Shown piece after piece: positions 12,501-31,834 of a stretch of 64,000 nt of DNA (position 1 is the first letter of the stretch; every line of letters begins with the position of its first letter). The stretch lies in NCBI RefSeq assembly GCF_009914755.1, contig NC_060934.1. One strand, written 5' to 3'. A program made the translations under genes and the position numbers. The notes beneath the pieces were generated by a model. That model made no database searches. It saw only the letters and a program-made list of their open reading frames with translations, and had not been told where the DNA came from. The DNA comes from the human T2T-CHM13v2.0 reference genome, Homo sapiens.

Positions 12501-13349
12501 AGCCCTCAGTAAGGGTTCATGATGCCGTGGTGTCTGTCATCATCCTCTTTATCCTCATCATCACCTTCATCATCTTTTTGTTGTTCTCAGGGAACAGTTT
12601 AGAGAGGGACTCATTCCCTGCTTGCATGGGTGAGATGTCTATGAAAAGGACAACCAGTGGGGGAGGGAAGCACAATTTTGAAGAAGATTCCTGAGAGAGA
12701 CCCCCCACCACAACCAAGAACAGAAACTCCACAGTCTGCTGAGCTGACAGTTTGCACATTGGTCTCCTCCCATCTGGCCATGGCACTCTCCCGTTTGTCC
12801 TGAGGATGAGGAAACAAACAAGGCTCCCGACCGTCCCTCAGCACTCACTGAACTGCCCTTCTCCTGTGCTGGGCCATGACCACGGAGAACAGGTCCACTG
12901 TCTTCCCTGCGTGGTACACAGGGGAGGCTCAGACTCCATCCTCAAGGATGACAAGAAGACAGGCCAAGACATGAGCCTCAGGATACAGGTGATGGGTGTG
13001 GAGCCCACAGGACTGCAGCCTCACACTGCAGGGCTGGAGGCACAGACTGAGTATTTACTATTCTATGGCCTGGGGGGCTCAAGGCATAGAGCTCCTTATT
13101 AGCCGAAGTCGCCCAAGTTCCCCAACCTCTAAAGATTTCCTCATAATCATGCAAGAAGAAGAAGGGAAAAGTGAGTGTCCATAGAAGTTTTGGGGCTCTT
13201 CCTCTAATCAGGAGAGAGCTTGTGTAAAATTCTTCGCCTCTTTCTTTTCTTTTTCAAGATCCAAGTGCTTTAATTTTCATATTTTATTATGGGAAAATAT
13301 ACCACGTATAAATCCTAAAAATTATAAATATAGATTATTGCATATAGAA

Positions 13350-16420
<3,071 letters not shown>

Positions 16421-16580
16421 AGTTCCTCAATTGAAACAAATTTCTAAAAAGCAAATATTTTTAACATGTCTCGGAATGTGAAACTTCAGGGATACCATGC
16501 CCATTTTATTCTTTTCTATTTCCCATCTTATGTATATGCAAGTGTATAACAAAGCAGCAATCCAAGTGTGTATAAATCTA

Positions 16581-17076
<496 letters not shown>

Positions 17077-17099
17077 TCATTGGAGCTTGATGCCTCTAA

Positions 17100-17260
17100 A
17101 AACTTCGTCATTGGAACCACCTCTGGTGCTTTAAAAAAAAAAAAAATCCACATACTCACACAGGTGCAGGGAAATCAGAATCTCAGGTATTGAGACCCAG
17201 GCCTCATCATCTGTAAGCTCCCCAGGTGATTTGACTCAAAGCCAAGATTGAGGAACGGCG
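17100..17260. mobile_element. MER5-like DNA transposon remnant
   Basis: AATCAGAATCTC...AAGCTCCCCAGGTGATT motif. Confidence 0.5.
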
Positions 17261-17829
17261 ACATGGATCTCTACACATAACCTGCCTAAATAGATTCTCT
17301 AGAAGCAGTTTATAAAGAAATTCCACATGAACTCTGGAAGAGGATATGAATTTGATGTACAGTATGTCCTCACTTAATATCTTTGAAAGTCTCTTGGAAA
17401 CTTCACCTTTAAGCAAAATTAGGTATAGTGAAACCACTTATTCCTCACCAACATTATAACTACACAACTTTGAACGCACCAATTGTGTTGGAAGACTTGC
17501 TGTACATTGTTTCCATCAAGTCAATTTTCAGGGAATTCCAAAATGAAGTGAGGACTTCATGTATATAAAAAGATGGTTGTGATTCCACCTGGATGACAGG
17601 GTTATTGCTCAGAAACTAAAGGAGGCCGCCTAGGTATAGAGGATTCTGTCATGAGGTTTCTGCTAAACAAAGGAGCCCAGAATACTCACCCATTCCAGTT
17701 AAAGGCATAACGAAGAAAACAATATTCACATAGGAAATGCGGAAAGGAATAAAAGCCATCAAGCCACAAAAATAATGTGACTAAGGGGCAGCATTTGCAG
17801 ATGTAGGGATTTAATGTGGTTGCCCTTTC

Positions 17830-18809
17830 TCACCCACACAAAAAAAGGATGGAACAGATCATGAGATTCCACTCTTCTGCTGCGCAGCCTCCACAGGGTG
17901 TTTTGAATGTCCCTGTTTCTCAGGCTGTAGATGAAAGGGTTCAGCATGGGGGTGACCACAGCGTACATCACTGACGCCACCACACCATTCCTGGGGGGTG
18001 GTGCCACAGCTGAAGTCAGGTACATGCCAATGCCTGTTCCATCAAATAAGCAAACAACTGCTAGGTGAGAGCCACAGGTGGTGAAGGCTTTATACTTCCC
18101 ATCTGACGATGAAATCCTTAGAATGGAGGGGACAATTTTATAGTAAGACAAAAGGATCCTTGAAATGGGAAGAAAACCAAACATAGTACTATCAAAATAT
18201 ATGAATATGCTATTGATGATGCTGTCAGAACAGGCAAGGTAGAGAAGTTGAGATGGCTCACAGACAAAATTAGAGATTTCCACATTCTTGGAGAAGGTGA
18301 ATTGTCACACAATCCAACTGTGCAGCTGGGAATCCAACAGGCTAAGGAAAAAGGACACCAAAACGAAGAAGACACAGAGGTGAGGATTTATGATGACTGG
18401 GTAGTAAAGAGGGCGACAGATGGCTACAAATCTGTCATAGGCCATCACAGTCAGGAACATGTCTTCTATACATGCAAAAAGGACCAAGAAAGACATCTGT
18501 GTCAGGCAGCCCGCATGAGAGATGACTCTGCTATGAGACTGCATGTCCACAGTCATCTTGGGAACTATGGCCAAGGTGAAACCGATGTCAGCCCAGCACA
18601 GGTTGGAGAGGAAGAAGTACATGGGGGTGTGGAGGGGGGAGTCAGAGCTGACAGCCAGGGTGCTGAGCAGGTTCCTCAGCACCGTGACCAGATACATGGA
18701 CAGGGACAGCCCAGCGAGGACCGGCTGCAGTTCTGGATCCTCTGAGAGTCCCAGGAGGAGGAATTCTCAGATACCTGTGAGATTCTGTGGCTCTGTGTGA
18801 CTTGGACAC
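17830..18809 (-). pseudogene. Olfactory receptor family 7E pseudogene (by position probably OR7E115P)
   Basis: One reading frame from CPSHTEPQNLTGI*EFLLLG through [43 protein letters not shown]; in-frame TGA stops at 18767-18769 and 18305-18307; no normal N-terminal ATG. Confidence 0.93.
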
Positions 18810-19679
18810 CTTGGGAAGAAAAGAGGATTGGAAAAAGAAAAGATAAAAACCAGCCCTTAATGCTGTGTGTATATTTTGGATGCAAGCAAATGAAAAGGAA
18901 CATTTTCACACTTGCGGACCGTACACTGCCAGCGATGTTTCTCAGTTGTGACAAATCCAAAAATCTCAGAATTATTACATGATTTACTTTTTTGCTATTG
19001 AACTCTTTCTGTACATACTACTTTAGAGAAAATCCACTAGAGAATGTTAGGAGACCAAAACGTCATATATAACAAATCCGTGATCTCAGTAAAATACGGC
19101 CTACTCTTTTCAGAAAAAATACAATGCAATGAAAATGTCCTTCTCTCTTGAAGAAAAAGATCTCAGTCTAATTGAAAGAAATTAAGAAGCTGTGAAATAC
19201 ACTCTGTTTTATTCTGACACCGTGCTACAAATTCCTTTGATGTAGAATATGTAAAAGGACGATACAAGAGCTAGGACCACATTATCTAAAAACGAAATCG
19301 AAACTTAGAGTTCTTAATCGGAACACCTTTTCACATGCCAGTTACTTTTCATATTTATTATCATCCTGAGGTTTTCTGACATCATTTCTTCAAAAAAGTA
19401 CATGCACACTCAAATATGGGAGCTGTGTTTCCAAATGAATTGAATATATAACTCTTGGCCGAGTGCCATGGATCACACCTGTAATCCCAGCACTTTGGGC
19501 GGCCAAGGCTGATGGATCACCTGAGGTCAGGAGTTCCAGACCAGCCTGGCCAAGGTGGTGAAACCCCGTCTCCAGTGAAAATAAAAAAAAAAAAATTAGC
19601 TGGGCGTGGTGGGGGGTAACCCTAGCTACTCGGGAGGCTGAAGCAGGAGAATCCCTTAGAACCTGGAAGGCAGAGATTG

Positions 19680-21210
19680 GACACCCTGTGATAGGATTTT
19701 TGATATCCTAGGGAGATATTGCTCCTGACAGCAGAGTGGGCGTACACCCTGTGATATTATTTGTAATATCCTAGAAAGATATTGCTCCTAATATCACAGT
19801 GACTGTACACCCTGTGATATTAATAGTAATATCCTACAGAGATATTACTCTGAATAATTCAGTGGGTGTACACCCTGTGATATTATTCATAATATATTAC
19901 AGAGATATGACTCCTGATATCACAGTGAGTGTACACCATGTTTGTACACCCTGTGATCTTATTTGTAACAACTTTGAAAAATATTACAGCTAATATCAAA
20001 GTGGGCATACACTCTGCAATGTTATTTGTTATCCACTAGGTAGAAATTACTCCTAATATCACAGTGAGTGTACACCATGTGTGTACAGACTGTGAAATTA
20101 TTCATAATACCCTAGGAAGATATTACTCCTAATATCACAGTGGGTGTATACCCTTTGATATTATTTGTAATCACCTAGGGAGATACGATTCCTAATATTA
20201 CAGTGGGTGTACACTCCGTGATGTTATTTGTAATGTCCTAGGAAGATATTACTCCTAATATCAAAGTGGATGTACACCATGAGTGTACACTCTGTGATAT
20301 AATTCATATTATCCCAGAGAGATATTTCTCCTAATATCACAGTGGGTGTACACTCTGTGATATTCTTTGTACTATCCTAGAGAGATATTGCTCCCAGTAT
20401 CACAGTGGGTGTACACCCTGTGATATTATTCATAATCTCCTAGAGAGATATTACCTCTAATATCACAGTTTCTCTACACCCTGTGGTATTATTCATCATA
20501 TCCCAGGGAGATATTATCCCTAACATCACAGTGCGTGTACACCATGGGTGGACACCCTGTGATGTTATTGGTAATATCCTAGGGGGATATTACACTTAAT
20601 GTCACAGCGGGTGTTCACCATGTGTGCACGCACTGAGATGTTACTTGTAATATCCTGGGGAGAAATTACACCTAGCGTTACAGTGGGGGTACACCATGTG
20701 TTTCTATTCTGTGATGCTATTCGTAATATCTTAGAAAGTTATTAGTCCTAGTGCCACAGTGGGTGTATACCATGTGTGTCCACTCTGCGATGTTATTCGT
20801 ATTATCCTAGGGAGATAGTTCTCATAACATCACTGTGGGTGTACCTCATGTATGTACTCCCTGTGGTCTTATTGGTTATGCCCTGGGTTGATATTACACC
20901 TAATATCACCATGGGTGCACACCATAGGTGTACATTCTGTGATGTTACTCATAATATCCTAGGGAGATATCACTCCTGATGTCATAGTGGGTTTACAGCC
21001 CTGTGATATTCTTGGTAGTATCCTTGGGACATATTACTCCTGTTATCACAGTGGGTATACACCCTGTGATAGTATTTGTAATATCCTAGGGAGATATCAC
21101 TGTATACCCTGTGGTATTATTTGTGACATTTGAGGGAGCTATTTCTCCTAAAGTCAGAGTGGGTGTACACCCTGTAATATTCTTCCTAATATCACAGTGG
21201 CTGTACACCA
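19680..21210. repeat. SATR2-like satellite array
   Basis: Recurring CCTAATATCACAGTGGGTGTACACCCTGTGATATTATTTGTAATATCCTAGGGAGATATTACT. Confidence 0.85.
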
Positions 21211-23258
21211 TGAGTGATATGTTTTTCTAATATCCAGTGAGGGAGAGGATGATACTGCTTCCAATATCACGGAAGGTGTACACCCCCTTGTGATATTGTT
21301 CCGAATATCCAGGGAAGGAGAGGATGACATTATTCCCAATATCACTGGGGGTGTACCACCTCCCACAGGGATATTGTTCTTAATATCTGTAGTGGAGAGA
21401 ATGATGTTACTCCCAATATCCCAGGGGGTGTAAACCACCCCTGTTTGTAAACAGGGGTGTATCACCCCTGTGATATTGTTCCAAATGGCCTGTGAAAGAG
21501 TCAATATGACTCCCATTATCGCAGGGGGTGTTCAGCCCTGATGATATTGTTTTCTAACATCCAGGGAAGGAGAGTATGCTATTACTCCCAATATTGCAGG
21601 GGTTGTACACCTTTTTGTGTTATTGGGCCCAATATCCAGGAAAATAGAGGATGAGAGTACTCCCAATATGGAAATAATTGTACAGCACCCCTGTGATATT
21701 CTTCCTCATATCCAGAAAGGAAATGAATGATATTACTTCCAACAGTGTAGGAAATGTATACCCGTGCTGTGATATCTTTCCCAATATCCAGTTGGGGAGA
21801 GGATCATATTACTTCCAATATCGCAGGGTGTGTACACCCCCTCTGTGATCTCGTTGCTAACATCCAGGTTTGGGGAGGATGACATTACTGCCAATATCGC
21901 AGGAGGAGTCCACCCTGCCCCTGTGTCCTTCTTACTCATTTCCCAGGTGGAGAGGATGATGTTCCTCCCAATATCGCAGGGGGTGTACACACCCCTGTGA
22001 AAATCTTCCTCATCTCCAGAGGAAGAGGGGATGATATTACTCCCAGTACCGCAGGGCGTTTACACAGCCCTGTGATACTCTTCCTAATATCCACAGGGAG
22101 AGAGGATGATATTACTCCCAATATCGCAGGGGGCGTACACAACCCTGTGAGATTGTTCCTAACATCCAGAGTGAAAGAGGATGATATGACTCGCAATATC
22201 GCAGGGTGTGTACACCCCTCCTGTCCTATTGTTCTGAATACCCTGGGAGGGAGAGGATAAGGTGACATTGAATATCGCAGGGAATGTGTACCCTCCCCCT
22301 CTGATACCCTTCCTAGTATCCAGGGGAAGAGAGGAAAATTTTACTCCCAATATCGCAGAGGCAGTACAACCCACCTGTGATGTTGTTCCCAATACGCAAG
22401 GTTGGACAGGATGATACTACTCCGAATATCGCAGGGGTGTTCACATCCCCCGTGACATTTTCCTTAATATCTAGGGGAGAGACAATTATATGACAGCAAA
22501 GGTCGCAGGGTCTGTACATCCCTTCCTGATATTGTTCCTAATATCCAAGGGGGAAGAGGATGATATCGAATATGAAAAGGAGTGTACAACCCCCACCCCT
22601 AAGATATTGTTCTTAATATTCTTGAGGGGAGACGATGATATAACTCCAAATATCGCAGGGGTTGTTCACACCCCCCGTGATATTCTTTCCAATATCCTGG
22701 GTGGGAGAAAATCATATTACTTCCAATATTGTAGGTAGTGTATTCCCCACCTGAAATACTGCACTGAATATCCAAAGAGGGAGAGGATGGTATTCATACC
22801 AATATCGAAGTGTGTGTGCACGCCCCTTGTGATACGGTTTTTAATATCCAGTGGGCGGGAGGATGATATTCATCCTAATGTCACAGAGGGTGTACACTAC
22901 CCTTGTGATACTGTCCCTAAGTTCCAGATGGGAGAGGATGAGGTCACTCCCAATATCTCAGAAGTTGTACATCCCCCGTGATACTTACTGTTCATCATAT
23001 CCAGGGAAGCACAGGATGACATTCCATTGAATTTCGCGACAGGCGTACACGCACAGTGTGATATTGTTCCTAATATCCAAGAAGGGAGGAGATGATATTA
23101 CTCCCAATAAAGCAGTGGTTGTACATTACCCGTGTGTTATTGTCTCTAATATCTGGGGCCGGGGGAGCGGGGAAGAGGATAACATTCCCTCAAATTTAGC
23201 AGGTGGTTTGACGCCCCTCGTGGTGGTGTTTTACATATCCAGAGGGGAAGACAATAGT
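21210..23258. repeat. SATR1-like satellite array; 22471-23258 is a paralogue of 1-787
   Basis: Same unit as 1-787; CTAGGGGAGAGACAATTATATGACAGCAAAGG at 22471 matches position 1. Confidence 0.85.
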
Positions 23259-25326
23259 ACTATTTTTGATAGTCCAATTCATCCGCTCCACCTTTCCAGA
23301 ACTCTGAGGCTGGGAGGCGGCATGCAGTTTCCGTGTGATCCCCAATACCTTTGCTGTCTTCTGTAGCAAGTCAGCTACAAATGCAGGCCCGTTATCTGAG
23401 CCGATCCGGAAGGGCAGTCCCAATCTAGGAATCAGACCTCGAAGAAGCACACGGGTTTCTTCACGAGGTTTCCCAGTTCGTGTTGGATAAGCCTCCACCC
23501 ACCCAGAGTAGGTACGCCCAAGAACAAGTAAATACTTGTTACCTCCACACTTTGGCATCTCTGTGAAGTCTACCTGGAGATCTTCAAAGGGGACTGCTCC
23601 ATAAGCTTGTACACTGGGCTGAACGGCTGGACCTTGCCTCGCATTAGGCTGTAGGCAGGTGACACACCACTGCCTCACCGTTTTGGCAAGAGCTGACAAA
23701 TGTGAGATGTAGAAATACCAGCCTAACAACTTTTCAAGTGACTCCTGACATAGATGGGTGCCAGTACAACTGCAGTTCCTCACAGCTGTGGCACAGCTAC
23801 GCTCCCATCTGGTAACTGACTCCATCCTTCCTCCATCACTTGTCCTTCCCTCTACCTGGAGAAAGTCCTTTTATTCTTTAGAATAAGCAGGTCCAAGATC
23901 AGGTGCTTGAGGGAGCAGAGGGGCTATGACTGATGCCCGGAAGGGGACAGATGCTGCTTTTGCAGCCTCTGAGTCAGCGCGGGAATTCCCCAAGCCCACC
24001 AAGGTGGAAGCTCGCTGGTGTCCTCTGCAATGCATAACTGCCACCTTGTGGGGTTTCCATACTGCTTCTAATAAATGCAAGATTTCTGGTTGTTATTTTC
24101 TGCCTTTTCCCCCAGAGTTCAATAGGCCCTTTTCCTTCTATCACGCTCCATGCACTTGAAGGGTTAAAAAGACATACCGAGAATCAGTGTAAATGTTGAC
24201 AGTCTCACCCTCACTGAGTTCTAAGGCCTGAATGAAAGCAATGAGTTCAGCTTTCTGGGTGAAGTGGCCTGGGGCATCGATCTGGCTTCAACAACAGTGT
24301 CCAGGGTTACCACTGCATACCCTGCACCTCTCTCTCCTTGCGGGATGATGAAGCTGCTCCCGTCCACCTATAGTTCCCAGTCTACTGATGCCCAAGGCTG
24401 GACCCGGAGGTCAGGTCTGCTAGAGTCAACCGAGTCCAACATTTCTACACAATCATGCTTGACAGGGCTCTCTGATAGTGGGAGCAAGGTTGCAGGGTGT
24501 AGGATGTTACAAACTTCAATGGTTATATGGGGATTTTCACTTTGGTACTTGGTGAGTCTCGCATTCGTTAGCCAATCATGTCCTTTAGTATTCATTAAAG
24601 TCACCACAGCATGGGGGGCCTTTTCTGTTCAGGTTCTACCCAAGAGTCAGCTTATTTGCTTCTTGTACTAGCAGGGCAGTTGCTGCCAAGGCCCTCAAAC
24701 ATGGGGGCCATCCTTTAGAGACCCCGTCTACTTGTTTAGAGACGTAGGCCACCAGCCTCGGCCAGGGCCCCACAGTTTGGGTTCAAAGTCCGGCTGCCAT
24801 CTTTTCTCTCTCTGACACATACGATGTAAAAGGCTTTGTCAGATCAGGTAGCCCCAGGGCTGGGGCTGACATAAGTTTCTCCTTTAACTCGTGAAAGACT
24901 TGCTGTTGTTGGGATCCCCATTCAAAAGGTTCCCGGTCCCCGCCTCCTTTGTGACCTCAAACAAAGGCTTAGCTAATACTGCAAAGTTTGGGATCCACAG
25001 TCTACAAAACCTCACAGCTCCTAAGAATTCTCTCACCTGCCTTCTGCTCTTAGGCTCTGCTAGATGGCAAATGACCTGCTTTGTTTCTGATACGAGGCTG
25101 CATTCCCCCTGTCAGATAGTATATCCCAAGGAACATACCTGCTGTCAGCAGATCTGAGCTTTTTTCTTGGACACCTTATACCCACAGTCCTCCAGGTGTG
25201 GGCGTAGGGCAATCCGTTCCCTTGGTGCACCCGACTGCCGTGGGGTGTCCCAGCCAAAGCTCATCAACCTACCAGAGCAACACGCAGCCTAGGTCTCTGG
25301 TGGGAAACTTTTGGAGGTCTCGAGCC
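23259..25326 (-). mobile_element. Second HERV-E-like pol fragment (RT C-terminus, RNase H, partial integrase)
   Basis: Colinear with 788-2866; IN ORF 23196-23825 has EDLQVDF, GSDNGPAF, PQSSGKVERMN. Confidence 0.9.
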
Positions 25327-25340
25327 ACTCACACATGTAC

Positions 25341-25442
25341 CTTGGGGTGCCACCATGCATGGATCTGAGTGTTGCGGTCTGTTGTGAGATGATGAAGGAT
25401 CTCAGGCATGTTCCTAAACATGTCTAGCTTATTGACATGAAT
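25341..25442 (-). pseudogene. DCLRE1CP1: DCLRE1CP1 pseudo-exon 9 (102 nt)
   Basis: ttccttag|[34 protein letters not shown]|gtacat versus Artemis [34 protein letters not shown]. Confidence 0.95.
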
Positions 25443-26631
25443 CTAAGGAAAATAATATGTACGGGCAAATTATTTGAACTGTATTTCCTATAAATTGTTC
25501 AAGGTTAATTACTCAGGGCAAAACACCCAGTTAGTGAATTCACCCTCTCTTCTTTCTTGAAAAGCAGTTTTTGGCTATTTCAGTGCACTCTGGTATCCTG
25601 CCAGCATGTCAACAGGCACAAGGCTGACTGGTCAGGATCGCTGCCATCACTGACGGAAGCGAAAAATTACAGAGACTCGGCTCAGGGATGTCATTTAATG
25701 ATGTTAATATTGTCCTTCAGTCCTTCAAGGGAAATTCAATTAATGTTCTTGTACACCTACTGTGTGTCGAGCTTTATTCTAAATGCGAGGAATAAAGCAG
25801 TAATCCACACAGACAAAAACAATCAAGAATCATCTACCCTCGGCCAGGCGCCATGGCTCATGCCTGTAATTCCAGCACTTTGGGAGGCGGAGGCCAGTGG
25901 ATCACTTGAGGTCAGGAGTTCGAGACCAGCCTGACAAACATGCTGAAGCCCCATCTCTACTAAAAATACAAAAATTAGCCAGGTGTGGTGGCTCAGGCCT
26001 GTAATCTGAGCTACTTCAGAGGCTGAGGCAAGAGAATCACTTGAACCCAGGAGGCGGAGGTTGCAGTGAACCGAGACCATGCCACTGCTGCACTCCAGCC
26101 TGGGTGACAGAGCAAGACAGTCTCAAAAATAAAATAAAATAAAATAAAAAATCAAGAATCATCTTTAAGGCATATACATGACATGCAACAGAGGAGCATG
26201 TACTGCAAAAAATCCACTCCCATATCTCCTTGTTCAAATTTATTTTCAATGCTGGTCACAATCGCTAAATTTATTTCATGACCCAAAGTTTGGGAAAAAT
26301 ACTTTGTCTATGGGGCATTTCACTGAAGGCTCTTGTAAGCCATTTGGGCTTCTGTCAATTTTCTCCCAGGAGGATGTGACTGAACTAAGATGATATATTC
26401 CTTCAGAGGGCCCGCGAACCTCTGCTGCAGACACGTCTTGATAGGGTGCTTCCATCTGTCCCTGTTTGCAGTTATTTAGCAGGCAAGGAGGGGGAGGAAA
26501 GGTGAGCTGGGAGGATGGAAGGGAGCAAGAGAAAAGAATGAATATGCTGGGAGCACTGGCTCACGCCTATAATCCCAGCACTTTGGGAGGCCGAGGCAGG
26601 CAGATAGCTTGAGGTCAGGAGTTCAAGATTA

Positions 26632-27015
<384 letters not shown>

Positions 27016-27197
27016 CTAGACAGGATTTTAAAGAGACATTTAACAGGTGGAGAGCCGCACATAGCCTTTTCCTTCCCAACAGTCCCAGGTACTCACACCT
27101 ACGGGGACAGTTAGGATATGACCTGTCACCCTACAAACTTCCTACTAAAAACACGGGCACACCCAGATGATAACCCTTTTCCTCCAGGCAGACTTAC

Positions 27198-27268
27198 CTG
27201 ACTTGGAATTTGGTAAAATCTTGGATCACACAACATAGTATCTAAATATACACTTTGGATGTCTTTGA
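27198..27268 (-). pseudogene. DCLRE1CP1: DCLRE1CP1 pseudo-exon 7, acceptor damaged
   Basis: [23 protein letters not shown]|gtaagt; upstream reads ttcttcttttCAAAGAC with no AG at the expected exon start. Confidence 0.9.
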
Positions 27269-27814
27269 AAAGAAGAAAAAAATTGATGTTAGCCATCCAA
27301 TGTGATATAAATTATGTGTAACTTTTTTTGTTTTTTGAGATGGAGTTTCGCTCTGTTGCCCAGGCTGAAGTGCAATGTCTGCTCACTGCCACCTCCTCCA
27401 TCTCCCGGGTTCAAGCAATTCTCCTGCCTCAGCCTCCCAAGTATCTGGGATCACGGGTGTGCATCACCACTCCTTGCTAATTTTTGTATTTTTTAGTAGA
27501 GACAGGGTTTCACCATGTTGACCAGTCTGGTCTCGAACTCCTGGCCTCAAATGATCCACCCACCTCGGCCTCCCAAACTGCTGGGATTACTGGCATGAGC
27601 CACCACACCTGTTTATGGCCAGAACAATATTGTTCTGTTTATGGCCAGAACAATAATACTTTATTCAGTCATACACATAAGAACTGTACAAGGGGCCAGG
27701 CACAGTGGCTCATGCCTGTAATCTCAGCAATTTGAGAGGCCAGGGCTGGCAGATCACCTGAGGTCAGGAGTTCAAGACCAGCCTGGCCAACATGGCAAAA
27801 CCCCATCTCTACTA

Positions 27815-28158
<344 letters not shown>

Positions 28159-28468
28159 TCATATAAAATCCCAAATAAAGCAAATACATGTGAGCTGCAT
28201 AGTAAATGCTTCCTGCAAATATATCCATTAAAATACAATGGTAATGGAATCCCACAGTAATTTGAACCACACCAGGCACTCAGCTGTTACCTCTTCCCTC
28301 GGGTAGAAAATAACAGAATGGAGATGCTACCCAATTTCTAATAGATGTTCCTTGTGATATGTTAGCACTTTCAATTATATGTTGAGATCATTCTTGCTCA
28401 TGGAGAGAGAAATACAAGTGATGATAAAATACAAGGTCGCTGGGGAAACAGCTGCTGAAGACTTCCAT

Positions 28469-28513
<45 letters not shown>

Positions 28514-28655
28514 TTTTGAGACAAGAGTCTTGCTCTGTCCCCCAGGCTGGAATGCGGTGGTGCAATCTTGGCTCACTGTAACCTCCGCCACCTGGGATCA
28601 AGCAATTCTCTGCCTCAGCCTCCCCAGTAGCTGGGACTACAGGAGTGTGCCACCA

Positions 28656-29492
<837 letters not shown>

Positions 29493-30898
29493 TAGTCTTG
29501 AACTCTTGACCTCAAGTGATACGTCTGCCTCGGCCTCCCAAAGTGCTGGGATTACAGGTGAGAGCCACCAAGCCCGGCCACTATTTAACAATTTTTAAAG
29601 CCTTAGCCAGGTGCGGTGGCTCACGCCTGTAATTCCAGCACTTTGGGAGGCTGAGGTGAGTGAACCCCTTGAGGTCAGGAGTTAGAGACCAGTCTGGCCA
29701 ACATGGTGAAACCCTGTGTCTACTAAAAATACAAAAATTAGCCAGGCGTGGTGGTGGGCACCTGTAATCCCAGCTACTCAGGAGGCTGAGGCAAGAGAAT
29801 CGCTTGAACCCAGGAGGTGGAGATTGCAGTGAACCAAGATCGCCCTACTGCACTCCAGCCTGGGCGACACAGTGAGGCTCAGTCTCAAAAAAAAAAAAAA
29901 AAAGATTAAAGCCTGGATGAGGCCTGGTCCCGATACACACTGCACATCATACTGTTCGGCAAGGGCAAGACCTGCGGGCACTACTGCCTCTCCAGCCATC
30001 AGTAAGTGGGGAGAGCTCTGCACACACCAGGTCACTGCTCAGTGACAGTGACTCCTCATGGAAGTCTCCATTCATTCTGGAGGACCCTTTCGAATGGGTC
30101 TCCCCCTGGTTGGAGCTGGATAAACAATGCACAAAAGTCATGGCACACAGGAAGAAACATAAAAAATCAAAGTGGAGGCAAGACTGCTCAAAAGTCAGCC
30201 TGCTGTCAGCCCCCAGCTCAGGGAATGCCTTTCACCAATATCCCTGATGTGACAAGGCCACACACTATCACACTATTCCCCGGAAAAGCAGTTGGCAGAG
30301 TCCAGGATGGCATTTACAAAGGTTCACCTATTTTTTTTTTTCCTTTTTAATTCTCCCTAAACTGGCTCTGTAGTCCTCCCTCAGGATAATTTGATGGGAA
30401 GAATACTTCAACTTCAACTGTCTGATCTCCAAAGAAGAAACATCTGAAAAGGTCAGTTTCTGTTCAGATCACATTCAAACAACACAAGACACCCTCACAG
30501 TTAAACATGGCAAAGCAGTGTGCTATAATCAAGCTACAAAACCAATATTAACCAAAATAGGAAAAGGTTAAAAAAACGGGGGGTGTATGTCTATAGTCCT
30601 ACTTATTAAAACCATACATTCACAAAAGTACTACTCAAAATTTAATGATGAAAAATAAATTTTTCCACTTGGCAGTGCCCCTTTTCTGAATAAGGGTTCA
30701 GAAAAAAAGTACAATATCCATGAATTTGCTGCAAAAATATTAATCACCATTTTAAATTCTGAATATTATAAAACTCAGTAAATGTGACAATAACATCAGG
30801 TAGTAATATCAACACCAGGGTTCCCATCATTAGCATGTAATAAGGAACAAAAAATAAGCCATGCCCAATCCTTTACAACATGGGAAATAAATACATCA

Positions 30899-31722
<824 letters not shown>

Positions 31723-31774
31723 TCATTTTAGCACCGCATTTTTTTAAAAAAATCAATATTTAATATTTAGTTAC

Positions 31775-31834
31775 CTCTCCTGATGCTTCATCCACTAAAG
31801 ATATCTGGGTAGGAGCCTCGATTTCAATAGATAT
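31775..31834 (-). pseudogene. DCLRE1CP1: DCLRE1CP1 pseudo-exon 4 (60 nt)
   Basis: tttacag|ISIEIEAPTQISLVDEASGE|gtaact. Confidence 0.95.

Noticed and set aside
17759-18809. Intact olfactory receptor
   Set aside because: Two in-frame stops and no proper start codon
23196-23825. 209-aa integrase ORF as an active enzyme
   Set aside because: N-terminus is out of frame, the C-terminal domain is replaced by satellite, and no promoter is evident
25326-25345. Artemis-RT fusion protein by read-through from pseudo-exon 9 into HERV pol
   Set aside because: The frame closes immediately: AAG GTA CAT GTG TGA, before the ERV begins
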